Assembly: GCF_039541115.1 (NCBI RefSeq)
Contig: NZ_BAABFP010000004.1
Location: forward strand, 124,001-188,000
Length of the DNA stretch: 64,000 nucleotides
Source of the DNA: Angustibacter luteus
GTDB taxonomy: Bacteria > Actinomycetota > Actinomycetes > Actinomycetales > Angustibacteraceae
Direction: 5' to 3'
The notes beneath the pieces are model-generated. The model had not been told where the DNA came from. It did no database searches and saw nothing but the letters and a program-made list of their open reading frames with translations. Numbering within the stretch: the stretch's first letter is position 1; the number at the start of each line of letters is the position of its first letter. A program made the position numbers and the translations under genes. Of this stretch, positions 27,745 through 36,640 are shown one piece after another.

Positions 27745-29054
27745 TGCTGCCGGTGATCGACGAACGGCCCGACCTGTTCGACGTGGCCGAGACCTGGTCG
27801 CTCGACGAGCTCCGCGAGCACCAGCTGCACCGGCTCCGCTGGTCGCTCGCGCACGCCTACGAGCACGTGCCGCACTACCGGAACGCCTTTGACGCCAAGG
27901 GTTTCCACCCGCAGGACCTGACGTCACTCGCCGACCTGCGGCACGCGCCGTTCACCGCCAAGGCGGACCTGCGGGCGAACTACCCGTTCGGGATGTTCGC
28001 GGTGCCGCGCGAGCAGGTGAGCCGGGTGCACGCGTCGTCCGGCACGACCGGCCGCCCGACCGTGGTCGGGTACACGGCCGAGGACCTGCGCACCTGGGCT
28101 CGGCTGATGGCCCGCTCGATCCGCGCCGCCGGCGGGCGGCCCGGGGACGTCGTGCACGTCGCCTACGGGTACGGGCTGTTCACCGGTGGGCTGGGCGCGC
28201 ACTACGGGGCCGAGGCGCTGGGCTGCACCGTGGTCCCGATCAGCGGCGGGATGACCGAGCGCCAGGTGCAGCTGATCGGCGACTTCGCACCGCGGGTGAT
28301 CATGGTGACGCCGTCGTACTTCCTGTCCGTGCTGGACGAGATGGAGCGGGCCGGCGTCGACCCGGCCGCGTCGTCCCTGCAGGTGGGCATCTTCGGTGCG
28401 GAGCCGTGGACCGACGCGATGCGCCGCGAGATCGAGGAGCGCGCCGGCATGCACGCCGTGGACATCTACGGGCTGTCCGAGGTGATGGGCCCGGGGGTCG
28501 CGCAGGAGTGCGTGCAGACCAAGGACGGGCTGCACATCTGGGAGGACCACTTCTACCCCGAGATCGTCGACCCGCTGACCGACGAGCCGGTGCCGGACGG
28601 CGAGATGGGCGAGCTGGTCTTCACCTCGCTCAGCAAGCAGGCCATGCCGGTCGTGCGGTACCGCACCCGCGACCTCACCCGGTTGCTGCCCGGCACTGCC
28701 CGGCCAGGGATGCGCCGGATGCAGAAGGTCACCGGCCGCACCGACGACATGATGATCGTGCGCGGGGTCAACGTCTTCCCGACCCAGGTCGAGGAGGTCG
28801 TGCTCGCGACGTCCGGCCTGACCCCGTACTTCCAGTGCGTGCTGACCCGCCCCGACCGCCTGGACGAGCTGACCGTGCTCGTCGAGGCGGCGGACGGAGT
28901 CGGCACCGACCAGCGCGCCGCGCTGGCCCGGCACGTGGGCCAGCAGATCAAGGACCGGATCGGCGTCACCGCGGCGGTCGAGGTCGTCGAGCCCGGGGGT
29001 GTCGAGCGCAGCATCGGCAAGGCCCGGCGGATCGTCGACCGCCGCCCGCACTGA
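27741..29054 (+). CDS. paaK: Phenylacetate-CoA ligase
   Basis: HASSGTTGRPT, YGLFTGGLGAHYG, DIYGLSEVMGPG, RYRTRD, GRTDDM.IVRGVNVFP. Confidence 0.95.
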   Translation: MMLPVIDERPDLFDVAETWSLDELREHQLHRLRWSLAHAYEHVPHYRNAFDAKGFHPQDLTSLADLRHAPFTAKADLRANYPFGMFAVPREQVSRVHASSGTTGRPTVVGYTAEDLRTWARLMARSIRAAGGRPGDVVHVAYGYGLFTGGLGAHYGAEALGCTVVPISGGMTERQVQLIGDFAPRVIMVTPSYFLSVLDEMERAGVDPAASSLQVGIFGAEPWTDAMRREIEERAGMHAVDIYGLSEVMGPGVAQECVQTKDGLHIWEDHFYPEIVDPLTDEPVPDGEMGELVFTSLSKQAMPVVRYRTRDLTRLLPGTARPGMRRMQKVTGRTDDMMIVRGVNVFPTQVEEVVLATSGLTPYFQCVLTRPDRLDELTVLVEAADGVGTDQRAALARHVGQQIKDRIGVTAAVEVVEPGGVERSIGKARRIVDRRPH

Positions 29055-29099
29055 CCCCCCTGCGGTCGGTGCGGGCCGCCGGCCGGCAGCGGTGCGAGG

Positions 29100-29897
29100 T
29101 CAGCCGGGGATCTGCCGCTGGTCGAGCGCCCGCTCGATCAGGTGCAGGCCCTGCAGCCCGGGCAGCGAGTCGATCTTCTGGTCGATCTTGCGCGCCTCGG
29201 CCCGGCCGTCCGCGCCGCCCATCAGGTAGCTGAGCATGAACACCACCTCGTCCTCCGGCATCACGCCCGAGCCGACCGGGTTCCACGCCTTGTCCAGCGC
29301 GAACCGGGTGATCCGCTGGGCCTTGCGACTGCGCGCCAGCCGCTCGCGCGCCTGGCTGTTGTAGAACGCGACGTGCCGGGTCTCCTGCTTGATGATCCGG
29401 GCCAGCAGCTCGGTCAGCACGGGGTGGTCCTCGTTGCGGGTCAGCGCCACGTAGCCGGCGTGGGTGGACCACTCGTTGATCGCCCCCCAGGTCATGTGGG
29501 TGGCGATGAAGTCCTCGCCGATCAGGTTGGCCAGCAGCAGCTGCTTGATCGGTCCGGTCTTGTTCTTCAGGCCCTGCCGCTCGCGCACCCCGCGCAGGTG
29601 GGCGTTGCCGGTGGCGATGCCGTGCGCCGCGAGGACCTCGGCCAGCACCTCGCCGTGCCAGTACTCCTCGTAGTTCCACATGGTCAGGAACGTGGTGATG
29701 TCAGGGTCGTTGTGCGACGGCGTCACCAGCAGGTCGCGCAGGTAGCAGACGGTGTACGACTCGACGTCGCTCATGTACCGCAGGCAGCGCAACGCCCCCG
29801 GGGACAGCGGTCGGTCGGCGAAGGCGGCGTGCAGGTCCAGGTCGTCCCACTGCACGGGGGCGGCCGTCCTGGCGTAGTGATCGATGGCGAAGCTCAT
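29100..29897 (-). CDS. Ferritin-like di-iron domain protein
   Basis: DVE...EEYWH and INE...QETRH paired ExxH motifs. Confidence 0.75.
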   Translation of the reverse strand: MSFAIDHYARTAAPVQWDDLDLHAAFADRPLSPGALRCLRYMSDVESYTVCYLRDLLVTPSHNDPDITTFLTMWNYEEYWHGEVLAEVLAAHGIATGNAHLRGVRERQGLKNKTGPIKQLLLANLIGEDFIATHMTWGAINEWSTHAGYVALTRNEDHPVLTELLARIIKQETRHVAFYNSQARERLARSRKAQRITRFALDKAWNPVGSGVMPEDEVVFMLSYLMGGADGRAEARKIDQKIDSLPGLQGLHLIERALDQRQIPG

Positions 29898-29952
29898 GAT
29901 CACCATTCGGTGCCCCGCCCCCGGTGGATTGGTCGTCGGCGATGATCGTGCT

Positions 29953-30426
29953 GTGACGACCCCCACTCGCATCTGCTTCGTCTGCTCAGGCAACATCTGC
30001 CGCTCCCCCATGGCCGAGGTGATCACCCAGAGCCTGCTGGACGACGCCGGCCGCACCGACGTCCACGTGTCCAGTGCCGGCACGGGCGGGTGGCACGAGG
30101 GGCAGGGCGCCAACCCACCCGCCGTCCGGGCGCTGGCGGACGCCGGGTACGACGGTTCCGCGCACGTGGCGCACGAGTTCGACCCGGCCTGGTTCGACGA
30201 GCTCGACCTGGTCGTCGCCCTGGACCGCGGGCACGAACGCGCGCTGCGCTCCTGGGCGCGCACCGCGGCCGAGCGCGACCGCGTCGTCCTCCTGCGGTCC
30301 TTCGACCCGGCCGCCGACGGCGACGAGGTGGCCGACCCGTACGGCGGCAGCGCTCAGGTGTTCGCCGACTGCCTCGTCGAGATCGAGGCCGCCTGCCGTG
30401 GCCTGGTCGCCTCGCTGGAGCGGTGA
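29953..30426 (+). CDS. Low-molecular-weight protein tyrosine phosphatase
   Basis: VCSGNICRSPMAE, SAGTG.WH.G, DPY. Confidence 0.92.
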   Translation: MTTPTRICFVCSGNICRSPMAEVITQSLLDDAGRTDVHVSSAGTGGWHEGQGANPPAVRALADAGYDGSAHVAHEFDPAWFDELDLVVALDRGHERALRSWARTAAERDRVVLLRSFDPAADGDEVADPYGGSAQVFADCLVEIEAACRGLVASLER

Positions 30427-30436
30427 CCGCCCGGGG

Positions 30437-30901
30437 CTAGTGCATCGAGTGGACGACGGCGTGGCCCTTGCCGCGCCCGATCATCCACTTGTTCACGGGG
30501 GTGGTGACGGCGAACGCGATCACGAGCGAGCCCGCGAGCGTCACCCAGAACAGCATCGAGGTCAGACCGGCGTCCATCGCGCCCGGGACGGCCACGACGA
30601 ACCCGTTGTCGACGAGTTCCATCACGGCGATCGAGACGGTGTCGGCCGCGAGCGCCACGCGGATCGCGGACCGCACATCCAGACCCGAACGCAGCACGCC
30701 GCGCAGGGTGAGCGCGTAGCCGAAGGCGAAGGCCAGCGCGATGGACAGCACGACGGTCGTCGCGTTGGGCAGGCCGAACGCCGTGCCGATCACCATGCCG
30801 AGCACCTCGCCGATGGCGCAGCCGGTGAGGCAGTGCAGCGTCGCCTGGGCGGCCATGCTCCAGGTCGCGCCGTGGGCGTGGGTCTGCGTCGCGGGCTCCA
30901 T
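30437..30901 (-). CDS. DUF4396-family membrane protein
   Basis: ATLHCLTGCAIGEVLG, DTVSI.VME..DN, PVN.WMI.RGKGHA. Confidence 0.85.
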   Translation of the reverse strand: MEPATQTHAHGATWSMAAQATLHCLTGCAIGEVLGMVIGTAFGLPNATTVVLSIALAFAFGYALTLRGVLRSGLDVRSAIRVALAADTVSIAVMELVDNGFVVAVPGAMDAGLTSMLFWVTLAGSLVIAFAVTTPVNKWMIGRGKGHAVVHSMH

Positions 30902-30908
30902 GTCGGTG

Positions 30909-30934
30909 CAACACATACCTCCGGGGGGTATTCC
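30909..30934 (-). promoter_or_regulatory. SigH/SigR-type promoter (GGAAT-N17-GTTG) overlapped by a CsoR-type operator
   Basis: Minus strand GGAATaccccccggaggtatgtGTTG-N7-ATG; ATACCTCCGGGGGGTAT at 30915-30931. Confidence 0.6.
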
Positions 30935-30982
30935 GCACGACCTGTTGGCCGCACCGCGAGGGACGCTCGATAGCGTCTCGGG

Positions 30983-31954
30983 GTGACGACCCACCGACGC
31001 TCGGCCGCCGTCGGCGTCGCGTTCGCGGTCGCCGCCGCGGTGCTGTTCTCGATCAACGCGACGGTCAGCAAGATCGTCCTGCAGCACGGCCTGTCCCCGG
31101 TCGAGCTGGTCTCGCTCCGCTCGGCGGGCGCGGCGGTCATCCTCATGGGCTACACCGCGATCACCCGGCCCGCCGCGCTGCGCGTGGGGCGGCGCGAGCT
31201 CGTCTTCCTCGCCGTCTACGGGATCTGCGGCATCGCCATGGTGCAGTGGCTGTACTTCGTGGCCATCGCCCGGATGCCCGTGGGCGTCGCGCTGCTGCTC
31301 GAGTACACGGCTCCGCTGATGGTCGCCCTCTGGGTGCGTTTCGCCCGCGGCGAGCAGGTGCGCTCGCGGGTCTGGCTGGCCCTCGCGCTCTGCCTGTTCG
31401 GCCTGGCGCTGGTGGCCCAGGTCTGGGAGGGGCTGACCCTGGACGGCATCGGCGTGCTCGCCGCCCTGGGCGCCGCAGCGGCCCTGGCGACCTACTACCT
31501 GATGGGCGAGGCCGGCCTGGGCCAGCGCGACCCGGTCAGCCTGATGGGCTGGATCTTCACCTTCTCAGCGATCCTGTGGGCCGTCGTGAAGCCGTGGTGG
31601 ACGTTCCCGTTCGAGGTGCTGGGTGACCAGGTCGACCTCCCCGGCGCACTGGACGGGCACACGGTGAGCGTGGGCGCGCTGTCCGCCTGGGTGGTCGTCC
31701 TCGGCACCGTCGCGGCGTTCGGCCTGGTCCTGCTCGCGGTGGGTCGGGTCGGCGCGGCCCGGGTCGGCATCCTCGGCATGATCGAGCCGGTCGGTTCAGC
31801 GCTGGTGGCCTGGTGGGTGCTCAGCGAGCAGCTGGCCCCCGTGCAGCTCGTCGGCGGGGCCGTCGTCCTGGCCGGCGTGGCGCTCGCCGAGACCGCCCGG
31901 CGGCGCACCGCCGACGCGCCGTCCGCACCGACCCCCGAGGGCGTCGTCCCCTAG
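30983..31954 (+). CDS. EamA/DMT-family transporter
   Basis: About 10 TM segments, LLEYTAP, GMIEPV; leaderless TAGCGT-N6-GTG. Confidence 0.88.
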   Translation: MTTHRRSAAVGVAFAVAAAVLFSINATVSKIVLQHGLSPVELVSLRSAGAAVILMGYTAITRPAALRVGRRELVFLAVYGICGIAMVQWLYFVAIARMPVGVALLLEYTAPLMVALWVRFARGEQVRSRVWLALALCLFGLALVAQVWEGLTLDGIGVLAALGAAAALATYYLMGEAGLGQRDPVSLMGWIFTFSAILWAVVKPWWTFPFEVLGDQVDLPGALDGHTVSVGALSAWVVVLGTVAAFGLVLLAVGRVGAARVGILGMIEPVGSALVAWWVLSEQLAPVQLVGGAVVLAGVALAETARRRTADAPSAPTPEGVVP

Positions 31955-31967
31955 GTGGTCGAGGGCG

Positions 31968-32675
31968 TCAGCTGACCCGCGCGCGCAGGAAGTCGACCGT
32001 GCGCGACCAGGCCAGCGCGGCGGACTCCGCGTCGTACGTGCCGAGCCGGTCCTTGTCGTTGTGGAACGCGTGCCCAGCCGGGTAGTAGAAGAACTGGACG
32101 TCGACCCCGGCGTCGTCGCGGATCTGCTGCTCGAGCGCCCGGGCGTCGTCCACGGGGTAGAAGGCGTCCTGCTCGGCGTAGTGACCCTGCACCGCGGCCT
32201 TGAGCCCGCGGAACTCGTCCGGCACGCCCTGGCCGACCCCGTAGAACGGCACCACCGCGCTGACCTTGTCGCCCTGCTGCGCGGCCAGCAGCAACGCGAA
32301 GCCGCCACCCATGCAGAAGCCGACGGCGCCGACCGTGGATGACGACACCGCCTCGTGCGCGAGCAGGTAGCCGACCGCGCCGCTGAGGTCCCGCGCGGCG
32401 TGCTCGACGGGCAGGGCGCCCATCATCGCGCCGGCCTCGTCGGAGTCGTGCGTCGTGCGGCCGCCGAACAGGTCCGGCGCCAGCACGGTGAAGCCCTCGG
32501 CGGCGAGCCGGTCGCAGATGTCGACGATGTGGTCGTCCAGGCCCCACCACTCCTGGACGACGATGACGCCCGGTCCGGTGCCGGCCGGCGGGGTGGCCAG
32601 GTAGCCGTGCGCCTGGTCGCCGTTGCTGGCGAAGGTGACGTTCTGGCGCGGGTTCTCGGTCTGGGAGTCAGCCAT
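31968..32675 (-). CDS. Dienelactone hydrolase family protein
   Basis: VQEWWGL, APDLF, GFCMGG nucleophile, GHAFHN. Confidence 0.92.
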   Translation of the reverse strand: MADSQTENPRQNVTFASNGDQAHGYLATPPAGTGPGVIVVQEWWGLDDHIVDICDRLAAEGFTVLAPDLFGGRTTHDSDEAGAMMGALPVEHAARDLSGAVGYLLAHEAVSSSTVGAVGFCMGGGFALLLAAQQGDKVSAVVPFYGVGQGVPDEFRGLKAAVQGHYAEQDAFYPVDDARALEQQIRDDAGVDVQFFYYPAGHAFHNDKDRLGTYDAESAALAWSRTVDFLRARVS

Positions 32676-32735
32676 GCGCCGATGCTAACCAGCCGCGCGG
32701 GATGCGGCGCTCCGAGCGGTCCCTACAGTTGGGCC

Positions 32736-34007
32736 ATGACCAGCACCTACGGCGCGAGCCGCCGCCGCCCGCGCGTCGTCGTGATCGGCGGAGGGTTCGG
32801 TGGGCTGGCCGCGGTGCGCCAGCTCAGCGTCGCCGACGTCGACGTCCTGCTGATCGACCGAAACGGCTACAACACCTTCCAGCCGCTGCTCTACCAGGTG
32901 GCGACCGGCGGCCTGAACCCCGGCGACGTAACGTTCGCGCTACGTGCCTTCACCAGCCGGTTCCGCAACGCCGACTTCCTGCGCGGCACCGTCGTCCGGG
33001 TGGACGCCGACGCCAAGATCGTGCACCTGGACCAGCACGAGTTCATCGAGTACGACTACCTCGTCATCAGCTGCGGGGTCACCGCGAACTACTTCGGCAT
33101 CCCCGGCGCCCAGGAGCACGCGCTGGCGATCTACACGCGCGCCGGGGCCATCGCGACCCGCGACCGGGTGCTGACGGCGATCGAGAACGCGAACCAGAAG
33201 GTGCCCGGCGCGCCGGAGCCGACGATCGTGGTGGTCGGCGGCGGCGCGACCGGCGTCGAGATGGCCGGCGCCCTGGCCGAGCTGCGCAACGCGGCCGTGC
33301 CCATCGCGTATCGGCACCTGGACCCCGAGCGGGTGCGCATCATCCTGGTCGAGATGGTCGACCACGTGCTCGGCCCGTTCCACCCGAAGCTGCGCTCCTA
33401 TGCCGCCAAGCAGCTGCGCAAGCGGGGCGTCGAGCTGCGGCTGAGCACGTCCCTGAAGGAGGTCCGCGAGAACTGCGTCGTGGTCGAGCGTCCGGACGGC
33501 GAGCAGGAGCAGATCGAGTGCGCCGTGGTCGTCTGGGCCACCGGCATCACCGCCGGACCCATCGTCGGCGACTGGGGCCTGCCCACCGGCCGCGGCGGGC
33601 GGGTCGAGGTCGGTGACGACCTGCGGGTCGCGGGCCACCCCGAGGTGTTCGCCGTGGGCGACGTCGCGATGACGCCGGAGAACCTCGCCCAGGTCGCGCA
33701 GCCGGCGATCCAGGGCGGCAAGCACGCCGGGGTGCAGATCCGACGCCTGCTGGCTGGCGCCCCCACCGAACCCTTCACGTACTTCGACAAGGGCACCATG
33801 GCCACGATCGGGCGCAGCGACGCCGTCGTGCAGTTCCCCTTCGGGCTGCGGCTGCGCGGGCTGCTGGCCTGGCTCGCGTGGCTCGGTCTGCACATCGTCG
33901 AGCTGATGGGTGGGCGGAACCGGCTGGCCAGCTTGATCAACTTGTCGGTGCGCTACTTCTCGTGGCCGCGAAGCCTCAACATCGTGGTGGGCGATCCGGC
34001 CGACTGA
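32736..34007 (+). CDS. ndh: Type II NADH dehydrogenase (NDH-2)-like FAD oxidoreductase
   Basis: IGGGFGG, FQPLLYQVATG, VGGGATGVEMAG, FAVGD, AQPAIQ.G, YFDKGTMATIGR; leaderless TACAGT-N6-ATG. Confidence 0.88.
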   Translation: MTSTYGASRRRPRVVVIGGGFGGLAAVRQLSVADVDVLLIDRNGYNTFQPLLYQVATGGLNPGDVTFALRAFTSRFRNADFLRGTVVRVDADAKIVHLDQHEFIEYDYLVISCGVTANYFGIPGAQEHALAIYTRAGAIATRDRVLTAIENANQKVPGAPEPTIVVVGGGATGVEMAGALAELRNAAVPIAYRHLDPERVRIILVEMVDHVLGPFHPKLRSYAAKQLRKRGVELRLSTSLKEVRENCVVVERPDGEQEQIECAVVVWATGITAGPIVGDWGLPTGRGGRVEVGDDLRVAGHPEVFAVGDVAMTPENLAQVAQPAIQGGKHAGVQIRRLLAGAPTEPFTYFDKGTMATIGRSDAVVQFPFGLRLRGLLAWLAWLGLHIVELMGGRNRLASLINLSVRYFSWPRSLNIVVGDPAD

Positions 34008-34076
34008 GGTCACGACTTGGCTTGTCAACCACCTGGCCCCTGTCTTCTCGGGCCCGGACCAGGCATGCTGGGGACT

Positions 34077-34304
34077 ATGAACGCACGCGCAACTGGGGGA
34101 CGACGAGTCATACCCGGGAGCCCGTTCAACCGGCCGGACGACCTGGGCCCCCACGAGACCTTCGAGGTGGGCGACCAGGTGTGTCACGACCGGCACGGTC
34201 TGGGCAAGGTTCTCCAGATCAGCGACGGCTCCGAGCTCGTGGCGGACTTCGGCACGACCGTACGGCGCATCCAGCTGCCGTGCACCAAGCTCACGAAGCT
34301 CTAG
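34077..34304 (+). CDS. Small protein resembling the PcrA/UvrD C-terminal Tudor-like domain
   Basis: FEVGDQVCHDRHGLGKV...LVADFG...RRI...KLTKL; CATGCT-N7-ATG. Confidence 0.6.
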   Translation: MNARATGGRRVIPGSPFNRPDDLGPHETFEVGDQVCHDRHGLGKVLQISDGSELVADFGTTVRRIQLPCTKLTKL

Positions 34305-34417
34305 ACCAGCAGGGGGCCCTGACCGTCGGCAGCAAGGTGCCGACGGGCGATGCCGCGCGCCGTCCCGGACGCCTTCTTGGGCACCTCCCACGCGCCGCCG
34401 GGTGACATCATCGGCGG

Positions 34418-35740
34418 ATGGCTGAGCACGATCCGCAGGTCTACCGCGCCGTCGCCGAGGCCGCCTGGGGCTGGGTGCGGGCCCAGGTGCGCTGGGACGA
34501 CGGCCCCTGGATCCCCGCCTCCGCCCCGGCCGCCGCCGACGCGACCCCGGCCGCCGACCGCGACGGCCTGCACAGCGGCACGGCCGGGCTGGCGCACGTA
34601 CTCGCCGAGGTCCGGCTCAGCCGGCCCTGGTCGGCCGACGAGGAGCGACTGGCCGGGGCGGTCGCCGAGCGGATCCGGCGCGGGATCCCCACCGCGACGG
34701 ACGCGACGTTCTTCGACGGCCTGACCAGCGCGGTCGGTGCGCTGACCGCGCTCGGGGTCGAGGGGTCCGAGGACGCGGTGGCCCGGCTCACGGCCCTCGC
34801 GGAGCCCGACGGCTGGCCGCAGCAGCTGATCGGCGCCCCGCGCTACGCCCCCGACGCGCGGGTGCACGACCTCACGCTGGGCACGGCCGGCGTCCTGCTG
34901 GGTGCGCTGTGGGCTCGCCGCGCGGGCGCGGCCGGAGCGGAAGAGCTGGCGGAGCACGCGGCCGACGTCCTGCTCGCGGAGGCGCAGCCGGCTCCGGACG
35001 GCCTGAACTGGACGTGGGTGCCCGAGCGCTACCGGATCGGCGACCCCTTCGAGATGCCGAACCTGTCGCACGGGCTGGCCGGGATCGCCACGGCGCTGGC
35101 GGTGGCCGGCTCCGAGCTGGGGCGGCCCGACCTGGTGGCGGCTGCTCGGCTGGGCGCCCAGCACCTGGTCGGGCTCGCCGATCGCTCCGGCGGCGGGTTC
35201 GTCGTCCAGAGCAGCCTGCCGCACACCAATCCCGACCGCGACCTGGTCACCTACACCTGGTGCCACGGCCCGACCGGCACGTCGCTGCTCTTCGCCGCCC
35301 TGGACCACGCGGAGGTGCCGGAGGTCGCCGGCGCGGCGCCGGACGACTGGTTGCGGCGGTGCCTGCACAGCGTGCGGACGTCGGGGCTGCCCGAGCGGCT
35401 GCACCCGGGATTCTGGGACAACGACGGGCAGTGCTGCGGGACGGCGGGGGTCGGTGAGGTCTTCCTGCACTCCTGGCAGCGCTCGGGCGAGGCCGGGGAC
35501 CTCGAGTTCGCGCTGGACCTCGCCGACGGGCTGGTCGAGCGGGCGGTGCGGGAGGGGCCGCACGCGTACTGGCGGTTCGTGGAGCACCGGGCCGAGGTGC
35601 CGCTGCTACCGCCGGGCGTGGGCTGGATGCAGGGCGCGGCCGGCATCGCGGCCTTCCTGTTCCGGGCGGCTCGGGTCACCGAGAACCCGCCCGGTGCCGC
35701 GGTGCTCGCCCGGATGGACACCTGGTGGGCGCTCGCCTAG
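34418..35740 (+). CDS. Stand-alone lanthionine synthetase C-like (LanC/LanCL) protein
   Basis: GxxG repeats, NLSHGLAG, WCHG, QCCGTAG, GWMQGAAG; CATCAT-N6-ATG. Confidence 0.85.
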   Translation: MAEHDPQVYRAVAEAAWGWVRAQVRWDDGPWIPASAPAAADATPAADRDGLHSGTAGLAHVLAEVRLSRPWSADEERLAGAVAERIRRGIPTATDATFFDGLTSAVGALTALGVEGSEDAVARLTALAEPDGWPQQLIGAPRYAPDARVHDLTLGTAGVLLGALWARRAGAAGAEELAEHAADVLLAEAQPAPDGLNWTWVPERYRIGDPFEMPNLSHGLAGIATALAVAGSELGRPDLVAAARLGAQHLVGLADRSGGGFVVQSSLPHTNPDRDLVTYTWCHGPTGTSLLFAALDHAEVPEVAGAAPDDWLRRCLHSVRTSGLPERLHPGFWDNDGQCCGTAGVGEVFLHSWQRSGEAGDLEFALDLADGLVERAVREGPHAYWRFVEHRAEVPLLPPGVGWMQGAAGIAAFLFRAARVTENPPGAAVLARMDTWWALA

Positions 35741-35744
35741 CCAC

Positions 35745-35766
35745 TGTCAGTGGGCGGTGCCAGGGT
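35745..35766 (+). promoter_or_regulatory. RecA-NDp/PafBC-type DNA-damage promoter TGTCAGTG-N8-CAGGGT
   Basis: Matches TGTCRGtg-N8-TAnnnT except the first -10 base; 7 nt before ATG 35774. Confidence 0.5.
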
Positions 35767-35773
35767 GGACGGC

Positions 35774-36598
35774 ATGAGCACCCACGAGACCCCCTGGCCC
35801 GCCGGAACCCCGTGCTGGACCGAGCTGTCCGCGGACGACGCGGCGGCTGCGCGCGACTTCTACTCCGGCCTCTTCGGCTGGGACATCGACGTGTCCGGTC
35901 CGGAGTTCGGCGACTACGGCGTGGCCCGGGTCGACGGCCACCGCGTCGCCGGCGTCGGCGGCAAGATGAGCGCTGACCAGCCCAGCGCCTGGACGACGTA
36001 CCTGGCCTCGGACGACGTCGACGCCACGGCCGCCGCGGTCGCCGAGCACGGCGGCCAGGTGGCCGGCCCGCCGATGGACATCGCCGACATGGGCCGGATG
36101 ATCATCGCGACCGACCCGTCGGGCGCGGTCTTCGGCGTCTGGCAGGCCGGGTCGAACACCGGGTCCGGGCTGGTCAACCAGCCGGGCGGAGTGGTGTGGA
36201 ACGAGCACGTGAGCGGCGACTTCGAGGGCTCCAAGACGTTCTACGGGAACGTGTTCGGCCTGAGCGTCCAGCCGATGCCCGGGGCACCCGAGGGGCTGCA
36301 GAGCGGGATGCTCGCCCGGTCCGGCGGCCAGGTCGTCGGCAGCGCCGCGGATGTGAGCGCGAGCAGCGCGGACGGTGCGGGCGACGGGTGGGTCACGTAC
36401 TTCGCGGTCGCCGACACCGACGGCACGGTGGCGAAGGCGACCGAGCTCGGCGGGTCGGTCGTCGCTGACCCGAGCGACGCCCCGTTCGGCCGGATGGCCG
36501 TGCTGGCCGGGCCCGAGGGCGAGCGCTTCGCCGTGGTGCAGACCCCGGCCGAGGGGCACGCGCACTCGGACACCCCGGACGCGGACCCCACCGACTGA
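35774..36598 (+). CDS. VOC-family two-domain glyoxalase/bleomycin-resistance-like protein
   Basis: PAGTPCWTEL, W.TYLASDDVD, GRM....DPSGAVFGVWQ, WNE..FYG.VFG, W.TYFAV.D.D. Confidence 0.88.
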   Translation: MSTHETPWPAGTPCWTELSADDAAAARDFYSGLFGWDIDVSGPEFGDYGVARVDGHRVAGVGGKMSADQPSAWTTYLASDDVDATAAAVAEHGGQVAGPPMDIADMGRMIIATDPSGAVFGVWQAGSNTGSGLVNQPGGVVWNEHVSGDFEGSKTFYGNVFGLSVQPMPGAPEGLQSGMLARSGGQVVGSAADVSASSADGAGDGWVTYFAVADTDGTVAKATELGGSVVADPSDAPFGRMAVLAGPEGERFAVVQTPAEGHAHSDTPDADPTD

Positions 36599-36640
36599 GC
36601 GGTTCGCGGTGCGGGGCGGGCGTCTGGGACCATGGAGCAC

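Noticed and set aside
34077..34304. Lanthipeptide precursor for the adjacent LanC
   Set aside because: No leader/core organisation, only two dispersed Cys, a globular Tudor-like pattern, and no dehydratase nearby.
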